Shown one piece after another: positions 1 through 12,982 of a DNA stretch of 64,000 bases. The position numbers and the translations under genes are program-made. The notes under the pieces are model-generated. The model saw only the letters and a program-made list of their open reading frames with translations, searched no databases and was not told the origin of the DNA. The stretch comes from Eledone cirrhosa. Lineage: Eukaryota. The stretch lies in assembly GCA_964016885.1 (NCBI GenBank), contig OZ024740.1:124558001-124622000 (forward strand). The letters run 5' to 3'. The number at the start of each line of letters is the position of its first letter. Positions within the stretch are counted from its first letter, which is position 1.

Positions 1-100
1 TCCTGCCTACAGGCCTGCTCCAGCCACAGACTTCGTCTGCCGCCATCAGCAGGTTTGCTTTCAGGAATTCGCACTGCTCCTCTATATTGTACGACTCTAA
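1..100 (-). mobile_element. RTE-clade LINE ORF fragment (linker between endonuclease and RT)
   Basis: Minus translation EQCEFLKANLLMAADEVCGWSRPVG; similar to the 5' end of the RTE copy near 49515-49563. Confidence 0.6.
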
Positions 101-350
101 TTGCTCTTCCTTACTGTCGAAAGCATCAAGTAGTATGCTTTTAAATTATATATATATATATGCAGAGGTTATATTTAATTCGTTGGGATTCAACAAGCTT
201 AAACATTTTTTTATAACTGATATAAAGCACTCAACAGTAGTGGAGTCATCATCATCGTTTAACGTCCGTGTTCCACGCTTGCAGTATATATAATATACAA
301 TATATTAACAATATATTAACAAATGGAAACTATATTTATAAAACCATATT

Positions 351-416
351 TATATTATTATACATATTTCAAGGGCCACCAATGCAAATTATGGTGCGCT
401 TTCATCAGATAAAATA
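351..416 (-). ncRNA. Type I hammerhead ribozyme (mirror copy of 570-635)
   Basis: Reverse complement gives CTGATGA, stem II, GAAA-tatgta-TA, stem I with one mismatch. Confidence 0.75.
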
Positions 417-569
417 TAATACAGATTAGTTTTATAAATAAATATTGACATACCCTGAAAAAAAGACAACATTAATGGATGGAGCTTCACTATTTAAGAA
501 GCTCCAACCGTTAATGTTGTCTTTTTTTCAGGGTATGTCAATATTTATTTATAAAACTAATCTGTATTA

Positions 570-635
570 TATTTTATCTGATGAAAGCGCACCATAATTT
601 GCCTTGGTGGCCCTTGAAATATGTATAATAAAATA
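570..635 (+). ncRNA. Type I minimal hammerhead ribozyme (PLE-type)
   Basis: tattttat CTGATGA aagcgcacca..tggtggccctt GAAA tatgta TA ataaaata: 8-bp stem I, canonical core, short self-complementary stem III. Confidence 0.85.
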
Positions 636-770
636 AATATGGTTTTATAAATATAGTTTCCATTTGTTAATATATTGTATATATATATATATATTGTTAA
701 GTAATTCCAAAGAAAAAGCAAAGGAAAAAAGAGTGCTCTATGTATAATACAGAGCTATTTAATTAGAATA

Positions 771-843
771 AACTTCCTTCTGATGAGCGAACTAGACGTA
801 TATTAATATAGTCTAGGGTCCTGAAAACTTTGGTAATGGAGTT
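771..843 (+). ncRNA. Degenerate type I hammerhead
   Basis: aacttcctt CTGATGA ..ctagac/gtctag.. GAAA actttgGTA atggagtt; downstream tail resembles that of 59133-59230. Confidence 0.6.
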
Positions 844-884
844 GTTATATATTCTGTTGTTCACTTTCTTATATATATATATAT

Positions 885-1245
885 ATATAAGTATTTATAT
901 GTACATACATATATGTGTACAGACGTACAGTAGTATGTATATATATACATACATGCACACATATATATATGTACGTATGGGTTGACGATATGTAAATATG
1001 GACGACGATGGTTGCCGAGCACTGTACGGCGTAATTCGAGCTGTTTGTTTACAAACAAACCGAACATTATAATAAATGTTTGGTAAACCCATACGCACAT
1101 ATATATATGTGTGCATGTATATATATATACATACTACTGTACGTCTGTACACATATATGTATGTATGTATAAATACTTATATTTAGGTATCAGCCGTACT
1201 AAGAGTGAGAAATGAAATTTCGTATTATTCTTTTCCATTTATAAA
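885..1245 (+). mobile_element. Non-autonomous pLTR/retrozyme-like repeat with inverted 5' arm (family of 59641-60305)
   Basis: ~885-982 is an inverted copy of ~1085-1180; body ggttgcc..actgtacggcgtaattcg..aaaccgaacattataataaatgtt is shared with 60110-60270. Confidence 0.8.
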
Positions 1246-1516
1246 TATATATACATAAACGGAAATAACCCTTAACTCTTCATGAAGTTGTAGGTGTACT
1301 ATCTTGAGTATTTTAAACCTGGCAGAGTCCATCACTTTCCTCTTTAGAACACAGCCAATTTCTTCCAGAGAAAGTGATAATGATTGATAAGAGGAAACCA
1401 ACCCCAGTACGAGACTGGGTCTTTATATATTAAACTTAGAAGGATGAAATTCTTATTCACTCCCTCATATAACCTAACACACATAGAGTCAAACCTACAT
1501 GCACACATATACAGGT

Positions 1517-2775
1517 ATCATCATCATCACCATTTTACGTCCATTCTCCCATGCTAGCATGGGTTAGACAGGTTGTCCTGTTGCAGGAAGAGTCCAGTCG
1601 GTTGACCTTGTCTTGCTCATACAGGAACTGATTCTGGCTTGATTTCTACAGCTGGATGCCATTCCTAACACCAACCTCATTTACAGTGAGTGCTGGGTGC
1701 TTTTTTTCCGTGGTGCCTACACATCCACTTTACAGTGTGGGCTGGGTGCCTTTTTGCCGTGGCACCTCCACGACCACTTTGCAGTGGGAGGGTGTGAGGG
1801 CATATTGTCTACATACTTCAGCTTCGGCTTGTTCCCATAGAGTCGGGTCTTCTGTATTACTGCGTGATGCCAGAGGTCACGGTCATGTGTCATCACCCTT
1901 GAGAGGTGCAATTGAGTAAGGTCTGCTTTTATCACCTCATCCCAGTCTTCTTGGGTCACCCCACTCTGCGGGTTCCATCGACTTCTAGTGCTCTGCACCT
2001 TTTTATGCAGCTGTCATCCTTCATACACATCACATGTCCATACCAACGCAACCTCCTTTCCTGCACACACCATTTGATTCCTCTTATGCTCAGTCTCTCT
2101 CTCAGTTCGTTTATGCTTTGCTGTTCGCATATATTACTATTACACATCCATCGGAGCATGCAAGCTTCATTTCTTTCTAATCTACGCAAGTCTTCTGCAG
2201 ACAGAGCCCAGGTCTCACTACCATGTAACATTACTGTTTGTATACACGCATCATACACTCTGCCTTTCATTTTGCAGCTAGCAGTAGCAGTAGCTCCCTG
2301 AACTTCTTCCATCCCGTTCTTACCCTAGTTATTGTACTTTCCGAACACCCACCTCCGCTGCTAATTCGGTCACCTAGGTAGCAGAAGCTGTCTACTGTTT
2401 CTGCAGAGCCCTCCCAGAGTTTGGTGGTGCTTGTTTCCTGTGGTCATTTGCTGCTTGCTTACCCAGCACAGCTGCTACATATGAAGCCCAAATTCTTAGT
2501 TAAGCTTCCTGAGATCCCACATCATTGTTTGCATTTGGGGCAGAGGATGGAATTCCTACCTACACCTTTCCTACATACTGAGCAAGGCCATTTCCCTGAG
2601 GGATCTGGGTTCTGTTTTCTCGTTTACTTACAAGAACTTTAGTCTTTGCCAGGTTGACTTTGAGACCCTTTCTTTGTATTCCCTGCTTCCATGTTTGGAA
2701 TTTCTTCTCTAGTTCCACCATAGATTCAGCTATAAGTGTGAGATCATCTGCATATAAGAGTTCCCATGGTTCGAT
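1517..2775 (-). mobile_element. 5'-truncated, decayed RTE-clade LINE
   Basis: PWELLYADDL, MLHGSETW, RRLRWYGHV motifs; (GAT)n 3' tail. Confidence 0.9.
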
Positions 2776-2901
2776 GTATGTGTCGGTATATGTTTGTGTT
2801 GGTGTGTTTGTGTATGCATACAATGACCATTCTTTTCCTACCTGTATGATTTGACCTCAAAGCAGTATGAAATTCTCTTTATTCAGTTTCTGCTGTCTAT
2901 C

Positions 2902-3040
<139 letters not shown>

Positions 3041-3256
3041 TGCAAGCAGGGAAAAGCAGACGTAAAATGATGATGATGATGATATATATATATATTAGAA
3101 TTGGTGCTCTGAATAGGTATATATATATGAATGTATATATAGTGTATTTTGCAATACACTTTATGCTTAATTAACAGCATTTCGAAGACCTTATGCTATT
3201 GTTTTAGAGTAGTGACAGACTGACTTACTTTAATTTTCAGCAAACAGTGGAGATAA

Positions 3257-3301
3257 AGCTGACAAGGCCTTGTTTCGCATTTATTGATGCTTATCAAAGC
3301 C
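3257..3301 (-). ncRNA. Hammerhead with U3-A8 core (mirror of 3629-3673)
   Basis: Reverse complement matches 3629-3673. Confidence 0.75.
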
Positions 3302-3628
3302 AACTACTCCTCCTGTTTGCTGAAATCTAGGATGTTTGGTTCTTATAGAATTCTAGTAAATAATCAGGAACTGATTATACAGAGCTAAAACAATAGCAAT
3401 AGCATAAAACAATAGCATAAGGTCTTCGAAATGCTTTTAATTAAGCATACAGTGTATTGCAAAATACACTATATATACATTCATATATATATAGCTATTT
3501 CAGAGCACCAATTCTAATTTTCAATTTCTGCTTGACCAGCAACCGCTCTGTATAATCAGTTCCTGATTATTTACTAGAATTCTATAAGAACCAAACATCC
3601 TTGATTTCAGCAAACAGGAGGAGTAGTT

Positions 3629-3673
3629 GGCTTTGATAAGCATCAATAAATGCGAAACAAGGCCTTGTCAGCT
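3629..3673 (+). ncRNA. Hammerhead ribozyme with variant core UUGAUAA
   Basis: ggct TTGATAA gcat-caataa-atgc GAAA caaggccttg TC agct; palindromic stem III; GUC site; extended outer stem 3605-3695. Confidence 0.8.
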
Positions 3674-3808
3674 TTATCTCCTCTGTTTGCTGAAAATTAA
3701 AGTAAGTGAGTCTGTTACTACTCTAAAACAATAGCATAAGGTCTTCGAAATGCTTTTAATTAAGCATACAGTGTATTGCAAAATACACTATATATACACA
3801 TATATATT

Positions 3809-3841
<33 letters not shown>

Positions 3842-3842
<1 letters not shown>

Positions 3843-4245
3843 GTATTTGTTAATACACTGTATGCTTAATTAAAAGTATTTTGAAGACCTTACGCTATTG
3901 TGTTAAAGTAGTGACTATGTCACTTACTTCTTTTTTCAACAAAGGGAGATAAGCTGACAGATCTCTGTTTCATACCGTTGGTATTTCTCAGAGCTTAGCA
4001 CTCCCTTTGTTTGTTGAAAATTATGAATGTTGGATTCTTATAGAATTCCAGTAATAATCAGGAACTGATTATACAGAGCGGTTGCCGGTCCAGCAAAAAT
4101 GTGTTTGTTGAAAAAGAAGTAAGTGTCATAGTCACTACTTTAAAACAAGGTCTTCAAAATGCTTTTAATTAAACATACAGTGTATTACCAAATACACTAT
4201 ATATACATTCATATGTACATCGCTATTTCAGAGCACCAATTCTAA
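3842..4245. mobile_element. Family-A-related pLTR fold-back with HHR at 3950-3997 (-)
   Basis: Terminal inverted arms; reverse complement taagct CTGAGAA atac-caacg-gtat GAAA cagagatctg TC agctta (core position 8 is A). Confidence 0.8.
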
Positions 4246-7200
4246 TATATATATATATATATATTCACCTGCAGACCCTTTTTCTAAAAGTAGCCTAACA
4301 TTTTTCAGTGTTTACTTGCAACTAGCATGCAATTAAATTATTTACTGTTATGAAGATTTGATAAAATCAATGATGCATTTTAAAATTAGATGAATCTTAA
4401 AATATAACCGTTCCAGTGAAATATAATTTGATACTAAACAATCTGGAACTGGTTCTACAATACACCTCAGTTTTAAAGAGTTTAGATTCATGTAATTTTA
4501 TCCCCCCCACAAAAAACTTTATATTTTGTTTCAAACACCAAATTAATAATGTGAAAGTCAGTTTCTTTTATTCACAATTTGTATGTATAAATGTTTACTT
4601 ACAATTTCGTGCAATAAATGGTGTTTAATATGTAAATTTGGTAATTTGCTGTGTATTTAAATTTTTGTTTTTAAGGGACCCATACAAAAATTCAGAAGAA
4701 GTCTGTGAACTGATGTATATGCTAATGAAGAGAGAAGTGTCACTAAAATTGAAGGGAAAGCTGTTGGCTGTATGTATAAGTGCCATTATTTACGGGGTCG
4801 ATAAAATAAAGTACCAGTAATGCACTGGGTAATTGCTGGCCTTGTGCCTAAAGTAGAAACAATTATTTATGGGAGTAAGACATGAGTGAAATACTTTCAT
4901 CACCCAGAATGTAGAGCAGCAGCAGAGAAAGGGAAAGCCAGAGTATTGTTCAGGAAGAATGTAGTCAATATGGTAAAGTGTAGAAGCTTGTCATGGGGCC
5001 TGCAAGGTCAACATTTACCAATTAAAATGGCCTTAAAGTGTTTATTGTTGTTAAAGTGATTGTGGCACACTAAACCTAAACTAACTCAAACCCCACAAAT
5101 CTAATTTTTAGGCCCTGCTAGAATGCCTGTAGATTCAACTAATACTAAACTGATATAAACAGAGTCTGTAGCCCTAACCTGGTAGTGTGACAGGAGATGG
5201 AAATTTCTTCTATTTGTCAATAAAATATTGACTTCACTTGAGCAAGTATTACAACAATATTGTAAACATTTTTCTTTAAGAATTTTCCATGGCTATAAGG
5301 AAATTGACAGTTGACTTTGAACAATACATCTTACCAGACTAATTATGAATATTTGATAATCTTTTAAAATTAAAGGGAAGAAATCAACACAGTATTTAAA
5401 TTTACAATAGCTAACACCTAAAGCAATTGTGTAAAAAAACATATTAATTGATGACACTACCATCTCAAGTTCTTCACAAAACATGTTATCTCATGGTCTA
5501 CCTGACAGACAAAGTTATTAATCTAAGAATCATGAGGGATATTCACTAAAAGAGCAAGTACAACTTGTGGGACTTATATTTGTTGATATTCATATCTATC
5601 TCAATCACAGTACCTATGAAGGGGGTTTGGGGAATTAGAATGTCTTATATTTCTACTTCTAGAGATTAGCTAAAACGATAATATTTCCTATAGCCAAATC
5701 CCTTTACTTACAATAAGAGAATAGGCTAATTTGCTGTGTGAGTAAATATAATAGTAACATTTTCATCTTTGCAGTTCTAATTCCAGAGGAAATTTGAATA
5801 GGAATTTTGTTATGTTTAGAGTCTGTGTGATGCTTTAAATTACTAACTCCTAGCTTTAAGCAGGCTAATGCTGGTAACTGTAAAGCAAAATTGTTATCTC
5901 ATTTTTGGATGAAAATTCTATTTTCCTGTCAGTATATCTCTTTTGACTTTTCTGCTGTGCAATCACTTTAGACAAGTGCTTTATAACCTAATTCATTAAT
6001 CCCAAAAGGAGATGTAATTTTTAATGGTTAAAGTTTAATTACCATAAAAATATTTGTTTTTCCTAAATGCATCATATTGAAGAAAGTCCTAATTAGTTGT
6101 AATCTATTGCATCTGCATGTGATGAAAATAGAGGAATACTTATCTAAACACAAGAGAAAAGATTGTATCATACATGTTTAAAAGGTGTTTGGATTGCATT
6201 TAGTGAGTAACAATCAGAACAGGGATGTGTAATGCTTCAAAGGATATTGAATTGTATGTTAACTCCAATTAATTTTCATTCACAACTTTCCATTACTTTG
6301 CCACAGATACAATCAATTCACTTTGGATTAGCTATACATATTCTCAATATTTCAACCCCAAATATCCATAGATGTGTGTGTGTGTTTGTGAAAGTTTGCA
6401 TTTGTGTCATTATGGTATCTGTATGCGGGCTTACTTAAACATCTGACTTCTCCAATGTACTAATCTACACAGATGGCGACTATTCTGCCTCCATACACAC
6501 ACAACTAACTAGAGATGACACACAAAAACATGCATTATGTTTCCCTTCACAATTCTTCATCAATCCAAAATAATAGTTCTTCACCACTCCAACACAACAG
6601 TATTTGAAACCCATAAACACATAGACAAAGAAATATACACACTTACACACACATACAACCAATCTCTGAGAATACAAACATATATATAAACTCTTTATTC
6701 TAGAATCTAAAATAATGGCTTTCAAAGGGTCAATATCCTTTCCTTGACAATTTATCCACTTATTCCACACGTCAATCACCTGAGGCCTGGCTTCTGATGA
6801 GATGACATATTCAACACAAAGATAAATCTCCAGTCTGGCATTTGCTATTGAAATGGCAAGAGCTTAGCCAAAAAACCCCACCCACCGCCAAAAGTGGAAA
6901 CTGCTCACCAATGAGGGATATTGCCTAGATTTGGAGGGAAACCCTGGTATAGAGTTTCTTTGTGAGCCATGAGCATATCTTTGAGAATATTGCCAATTGT
7001 GCCGGAATACTCATCAATCAGTTTCAAAGAAACTACAATTTTAGAAGTTAATATTATCTTTGATGTTATACTTTGAATTGATTGCTAATCTGATTTGTTT
7101 AGGCAGCAAATTGGTTATCATTAGAATTTGAGATTAAATTCTTCATTATATGTCCCATCTGCCCATTTTTGGAGTTTAAATCTCACTGAAGTTAAATATG

Positions 7201-8722
7201 ACTGTCATTCTTTTGGAGTAAATAAATAAATTACTAGTCCAAGGGTGATGGATTAGCAGAATAATTAAAAGATTGATCCGGATTTGTGCATTCTGAATTT
7301 AAACCTCATCATTTTTATTGGAAAAGTGATGGTGTTTCAGCCAGGAAATTCTGTCATAAAAAGTATCAGCAATAGAAAAACTAATGTTTACATGATTTTC
7401 CTTGTCCAATCTAATGATCAGCTCCTTTTTTTTACAGTATGTTTATTGAATATTCAAGCATGTCTTTGATAATAATCTCTTGATCTGATAATAGATCAGA
7501 AGGTATCTCCATTAAAATTGCTTCCAGTTTACATTCATTTTCAGTACATTGTCTTCAACATCAAGTAACCATCAACATTTTGCTCTATACTGATCATACG
7601 ATCTGATAGGCTTAGCAATTATACATTATCCAAAAACTGAGATGATTTAAAACATTGAAGCTTCCTCTATGATTAGTAGTTTGGAAGTTTGTATTTCTTG
7701 AGACATTTCAAAATATATTTCATATTTGTGTGTGTGGTAGAAGAGGGAAGAATATATTTCAAGTACAGGTCTTTTTTAAACTACTGTGCTTTGTTAAACA
7801 ATCAGTTAAGTAATTTGTCATAATGCCATTTATGGTAAAATAATTGTTGCTTTCTGTTTATAACTATGATACCGAATTAATATATTGTATATATAACCAT
7901 ATGGATCATCTTTGAAGAAAAACATCTATTGTGCTGAAAATGTACTTGATGAAATACTTATTTTTATATTTCAGTTAAACTTGCTAAACAGCTGTAAATA
8001 ATTTGAAGTATGCTAACATCATTTTCATCCATTGCATTATACAGACAAATTCTGAGAAGGAAAACTAAGGTGATGATAACTTAGTTCATGTACTGGCAAA
8101 GTTGATTATATAATCTCTCTAATAGTCTCTGGAGTAGTCTTCCATCATTTGGTCCTGAACTATACAATAAAACTCTGCAGAATTGTTATGTGTATTCAAG
8201 GCACAAATCACTGTGTATAGATATCTTAGTTGTGGAGGCAATTGTGCTAATGAGGCTTCTGTTATGCATTTCTGACAGTCGTCAGGATTTCTAGAATATT
8301 TCTTTATTCAGCAGTATCATACAGTACATTGTAAACAGTTTATAACTCATCAAACTGCAAGCTCCTCTAATGGAATATAACTATAACCTGAGATGAAATA
8401 TTTTCTTATCTTTAGGACTCACTGAATGCAATGTGAGTATTACCTTTTCCACTCCTCTATGGCAAACATTTCATAGTTTTCTTAACCTTCTCATTACTAT
8501 ATATCTAGTAAACTGCACTACCAATTATTTGGAAATCATTTTGAAAATAAGTCACGATTTGGAAGAATTTTGTAAATTTCTCATTATTTATCTGATGCGT
8601 GAACTATAACTTAACAAATGTTCTTCCATAAAATTATGATGGAAGGCTTTTAGATAACTATAAATGCTTCTAAAATAAACAGTTTTGTACCATAGAATCA
8701 GTAACAGTTTCAGGAATTTTGG

Positions 8723-8768
<46 letters not shown>

Positions 8769-8777
8769 TTAATAATA

Positions 8778-8968
8778 ATAATTGTTTCTACTTTTGGCAC
8801 AAGGCCAGCAATTACCCAGTAGATTACTGGTACTTTATTTTATCGACCCCATAAGGATGAAAGGCAAAGTTAACCTCCGCGGGATTTGAACTCAGAATGG
8901 CATGGGCCGTAACTCTATACGTCAAAGCATGGCGTCCGACCCTCTACCGATACTGCCAATTCACCGCC
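8778..8968 (-). mobile_element. tRNA-derived SINE family 1 (Meta/MESC-like central domain)
   Basis: A box TGGCAGTATCGG, B box GTTCAAATCC, gcctttcatcct..gtcgataaaataaagtaccag; ~15-bp atattaataataata duplication on both sides. Confidence 0.9.
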
Positions 8969-8989
8969 CTTATATTAATAATAATAATA

Positions 8990-11900
8990 TAAGTAATCTC
9001 ATACCAGATTGGCAGTCACCTGGGTCAAAAAGGGCCGCGTCCCTCAGAGAGAGGAACCAGACTGGGGTCGAAAAATCAGCTAATGGTTCAAACCTTCCCA
9101 TCACTTTGGAGCTGGAGACTTCCCATAACTGGAATACTCCTACTGTTGGCTATCCATGCTCACCACCAAGAAATCAAAAGAAAATGAGAGAAAAATGGTC
9201 ACGGGAAGACAATAAAGAAGCCCTTGAGGTTTTCTACACTGCCATGTACTACCCATCAAATACATCGAATACAGAACAGACATATATCAACTGGAAAAAG
9301 AAACATCCCAAAAACAGAGGCTATATTAACAGTAACAAACTAGCCAATATACGAAGAAATATTGTTAAAAAAAAGTTACTAACTGATATAGAAATTGATC
9401 AGATCAAGCTATTAGCACAAAGTCAGTGAAGGGAAAATGAAATATGTGTCAGTGAAAACGAGGTAAATTGTAACACTTCGAATCCCAGGGTTGGGGCGGA
9501 ATCACTGACAGCAGAACAAATTAAAGAAAGGATCGAAAAAGTGGAGGGAGTGCATGCTCAAGATGAAACTCAAAATGAAAACAATGAGATCATAAATGAT
9601 AAAGAAATGAATGAGAATGAACTTGCCAAATTGAAGGATGAAATTATGATCGAATGGTTGAAAATGAAAGAATCTGACATGGGAGAACGAGACACTCTCC
9701 CAAAGATCCAGAACTCCAAACAGAACCAAAAGATAATACACAAAACTAACATAATTCTCAAAAACATTATCATCACAAAGAAACTGAACATTACTGATCT
9801 AACTCATCCATATTATGCATCGGCTAAAGTCACCACTCACTTATGTGGAGTGAAAATGAAAAAGACAAAGGAATTCCCACAAGAAATCTACTTGGCAAGA
9901 GAACATCAATCGCCAAATAAACCTTCTCCGATCTGACAGAAATTTTAACAAACTACAAAGTAGGGGAACATGTTAAACAAGCTATACTTAGAAAATCGAA
10001 AAGTAAATACAGTGTAAAATCAACAAGTGACATAGACATCATCATCATCATCATCATCATCATCACCGTTTTACGTCCATTCTTCCACGCTAGCATGGGT
10101 TAGACGGGTTGTCCTGTTGTGTGCAGTGTCTGGTCGGCTGACCATGCCTTGTTCATACAGCAACTGATTTGGCTTGATTTCTACAGCTTGATGCCCTTCC
10201 TAACACCAACATCATTTACAGTGAGTGCTGGGTGCTTTTTCGTGGTGCCTACATGCTGATAGAAATAATCAAGCAAAAACTGTAAGAAGCTTTGAAAAAC
10301 GATCTAGATTCTATAAGGACAATAATATGTTCAAAAACAACCAAAGAAACTTCTACAGATAAATTGGCAAGTCATCAATAACTGCTAAATCAATACCACC
10401 CAAGGAGGAAGTGGAAGAATTTGGGGAAAAGACGTGGGCCGAAGAAAAAGTTCATAATATACATGCCCCATGGACAGACAGACAAATGAAAGATACAGCT
10501 CACCCTGAGGAACAAATATAACAGTTGAACAGTTGCGTTTGGCTCTTAGAAAAACCAGCAAATGAAATCCCCAGGAAAAGACAAAATACGAAATTGTTGG
10601 ATAAATGCCTTCACAGAGTCTCATGAGCTGTTAGCCCAACTTTACAATGAAATAGTTAAGGAGCCAGAAAAGATACCATCATGGCTAGCTAGCGGCATTA
10701 CATTCCTACTTTCGAAGAATGATGAGACAAACAATCCCAAAAATTACAAACCGATAATTTGCTTGACCACAATGTATAAAATTTTAACATCAGTCCTAAA
10801 TGATTATACATATGACCACCTTATAACAAATGATCTATTTCCCAATGAGCAGAAAGGGTGTAAACGAGGCTCATATGGCTGTAAAGATCAGCTTTTGGTT
10901 AACAAAATGATCCTGGAAGATTGTCATAATAGACAAAAAAATCTATCAATTGCTTGGATAAATTATAAAAAAGCATTCGATAGTTTTCCACACAGGTGGA
11001 TTGAAAAATGTTTAGAGATTTTCAAAATATCTCCCGTTGTCAGGAGGTTCCTGTCATTCAGTATGAAGACATGGAAAACGACACTCCTTTTGAATAGTGA
11101 AACAAAATCACTGGAAGCTGGAGAAGTTAATATTAATTGTGGAATTTTTCAGGGTGTCTCTTTATCACTGCGTTTATTCTGCATCATACTTATACCATTA
11201 AGTAAAATGCTCAATAAAACAAAACATGGATATAAAGTCTATGACAAAACCATTAATTACTTGTTCTACATGGATGACCTGAAACTATTTGCAAAAAATG
11301 ATGAACAATTGCAGGGGCTATTATCCACTGTAAAACAGTTCAGTGATGACATTAAAATGGAGTTTGGACTAGATAAATGCGCCAAAGCAACGTTCACCAG
11401 AGGAAAGCTGCTGAAAAGTTCAGATATTAATCTTGATCGGGGGAATGTGATAAGAGAACTTGATCAAGAGGAAACTTACAAATATCTAGGTGTTTGTGAA
11501 GGACAATAAATCAAGCACTCGACAATGAGGGAAAGGATAAGGAAGGAATGTTACCGCAGAGTAAGAGCAATCTTGAGAACGGAATTGAATGCAAGGAATA
11601 GGATCGATGCCATAAACATGCTTGCCATACCAGTAGTAACCTACAGTTACAATGTCATCAACTGGTCAGGCACAGAGATCCGAAGGCTCGATACAAAAAT
11701 TAGAAAATTCTTAACCATGCACAGAATGCATCACCCTAAGGCAGATACATATAGAATATATCTCCCCAGGAAAGAAGGAGGATGTGGGTTAATCCAGCAG
11801 TTAGAGACTGCGATGAAAAATGCAAAAATTGGATTATCTACATATCTAAGGGAATCACATGATTGGATGATCAAACTCGTTTTGAAATACGAAAGCATCG

Positions 11901-12930
11901 AAAGATCATATTCCATTACAAAAGATGCATAAAAATACAGTAATGAACTACAAATCTCAGAAGTTCCATTTACTGCTGAAATGAAAAACACAGAAAAAGC
12001 AAAGCAGGTAAAAGTAACTGCAAAGAAAGAACTACTACAGAAACTGGCTAAGAAATGGCAAGAAAAGCCTCTGTATGGAAAATACCCAGAAAGGGCTAAC
12101 AATCCTGATGTTGACAAAACTTTAACCCATCAGTGGTTGGCATCCTCTGGACTGAAATTGGAGACTGAAGGACTGATTATATCAGCACAAGATCAGTGCC
12201 TGCCAACAAAAAACTATTAAGCCAACATAATAAAAAATGGATGCAACCCATTATGCCGTGTATGTAAAAAAACAACCAGAGACCATTGATCATATAGCTC
12301 CAACCAAATAGCTAAACAGGGACGACAGAGCTGCACAATACAAACATTGGATAATATGTAAGCATTTTGACCTGGCGCATCAAAAAAATTGGTGTGAGCA
12401 TCAACCACCTTCCGTACTTGAAAAAGATCACATCTCAATCCTGTGGAACTTTAGCATCCAAACAGACTAAAAATAGATGCAAATAGACCTGATACAATAC
12501 TGAAGGACTTTAAAAAGAGGGTATGCCTGCTAATTGATATATCCGTTTCAAGAGACAAGAATGTATCTATAAAAACATTTGAAAAATAAGGACGCGGAGA
12601 CAGAAATTGGAAAAATCTGGAAATTGAGAACTAAAACAATACCAGTGGTTGAAGGCGCTCTAGGAATGATACCTAAGGGGTCTAATGATTACTTATCGCA
12701 AATCCCAGGAAACCCGTGTATAGGAGAATTACAAAAGATAGTACTAATGGGAACTGCCCATATACTAAGGAAGATTCTGTCAATATAAGTACATCACAAG
12801 TCTAAACACCTAAAGATGCATGTGTGTATGTATGTTCTTTCTTGAACATGGCAGACCATGTTGTCTCTTGAGGTCACTGGCTGTGACTTGGTGCATACTC
12901 GATTGAACATAAAGCAAGATAAATGCAACT

Positions 12931-12980
<50 letters not shown>
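8990..12980 (+). mobile_element. Near full-length decayed R4/Dong-type non-LTR retrotransposon (RT + CCHC + restriction-like endonuclease)
   Basis: RT motifs GIFQG and LFYMDDLKLFA; PLCRVC knuckle; NRPD motif; C-terminus GTAHILRKILSI; (TAA)n on both sides; many stops and frameshifts. Confidence 0.9.
10036..10255 (-). mobile_element. RTE 3'-tail fragment inserted in the Dong element
   Basis: Matches 1517-1720; (CAT)n end. Confidence 0.85.

Positions 12981-12982
<2 letters not shown>

Larger units (their letters stand above)
308..678. repeat. ~370-bp fold-back (inverted pseudo-LTR pair) in (TA)n
   Basis: 308-488 is the reverse complement of 498-678 with few mismatches; flanked by TA-rich runs. 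Confidence 0.95.
3094..3795. mobile_element. Rearranged inverted/tandem pLTR cluster, HHR family A
   Basis: 3094-3385 is inverted relative to 3545-3790, and 3400-3518 is inverted relative to 3094-3205; TA-flanked. Confidence 0.85.

Noticed and set aside
6790-6870. CTGATGA as a hammerhead
   Set aside because: No properly placed GAAA, stem III or stem I
8250-8295. Minus-strand CTGACGA..GAAAtgcata
   Set aside because: Stem II cannot form and there is no stem I pairing
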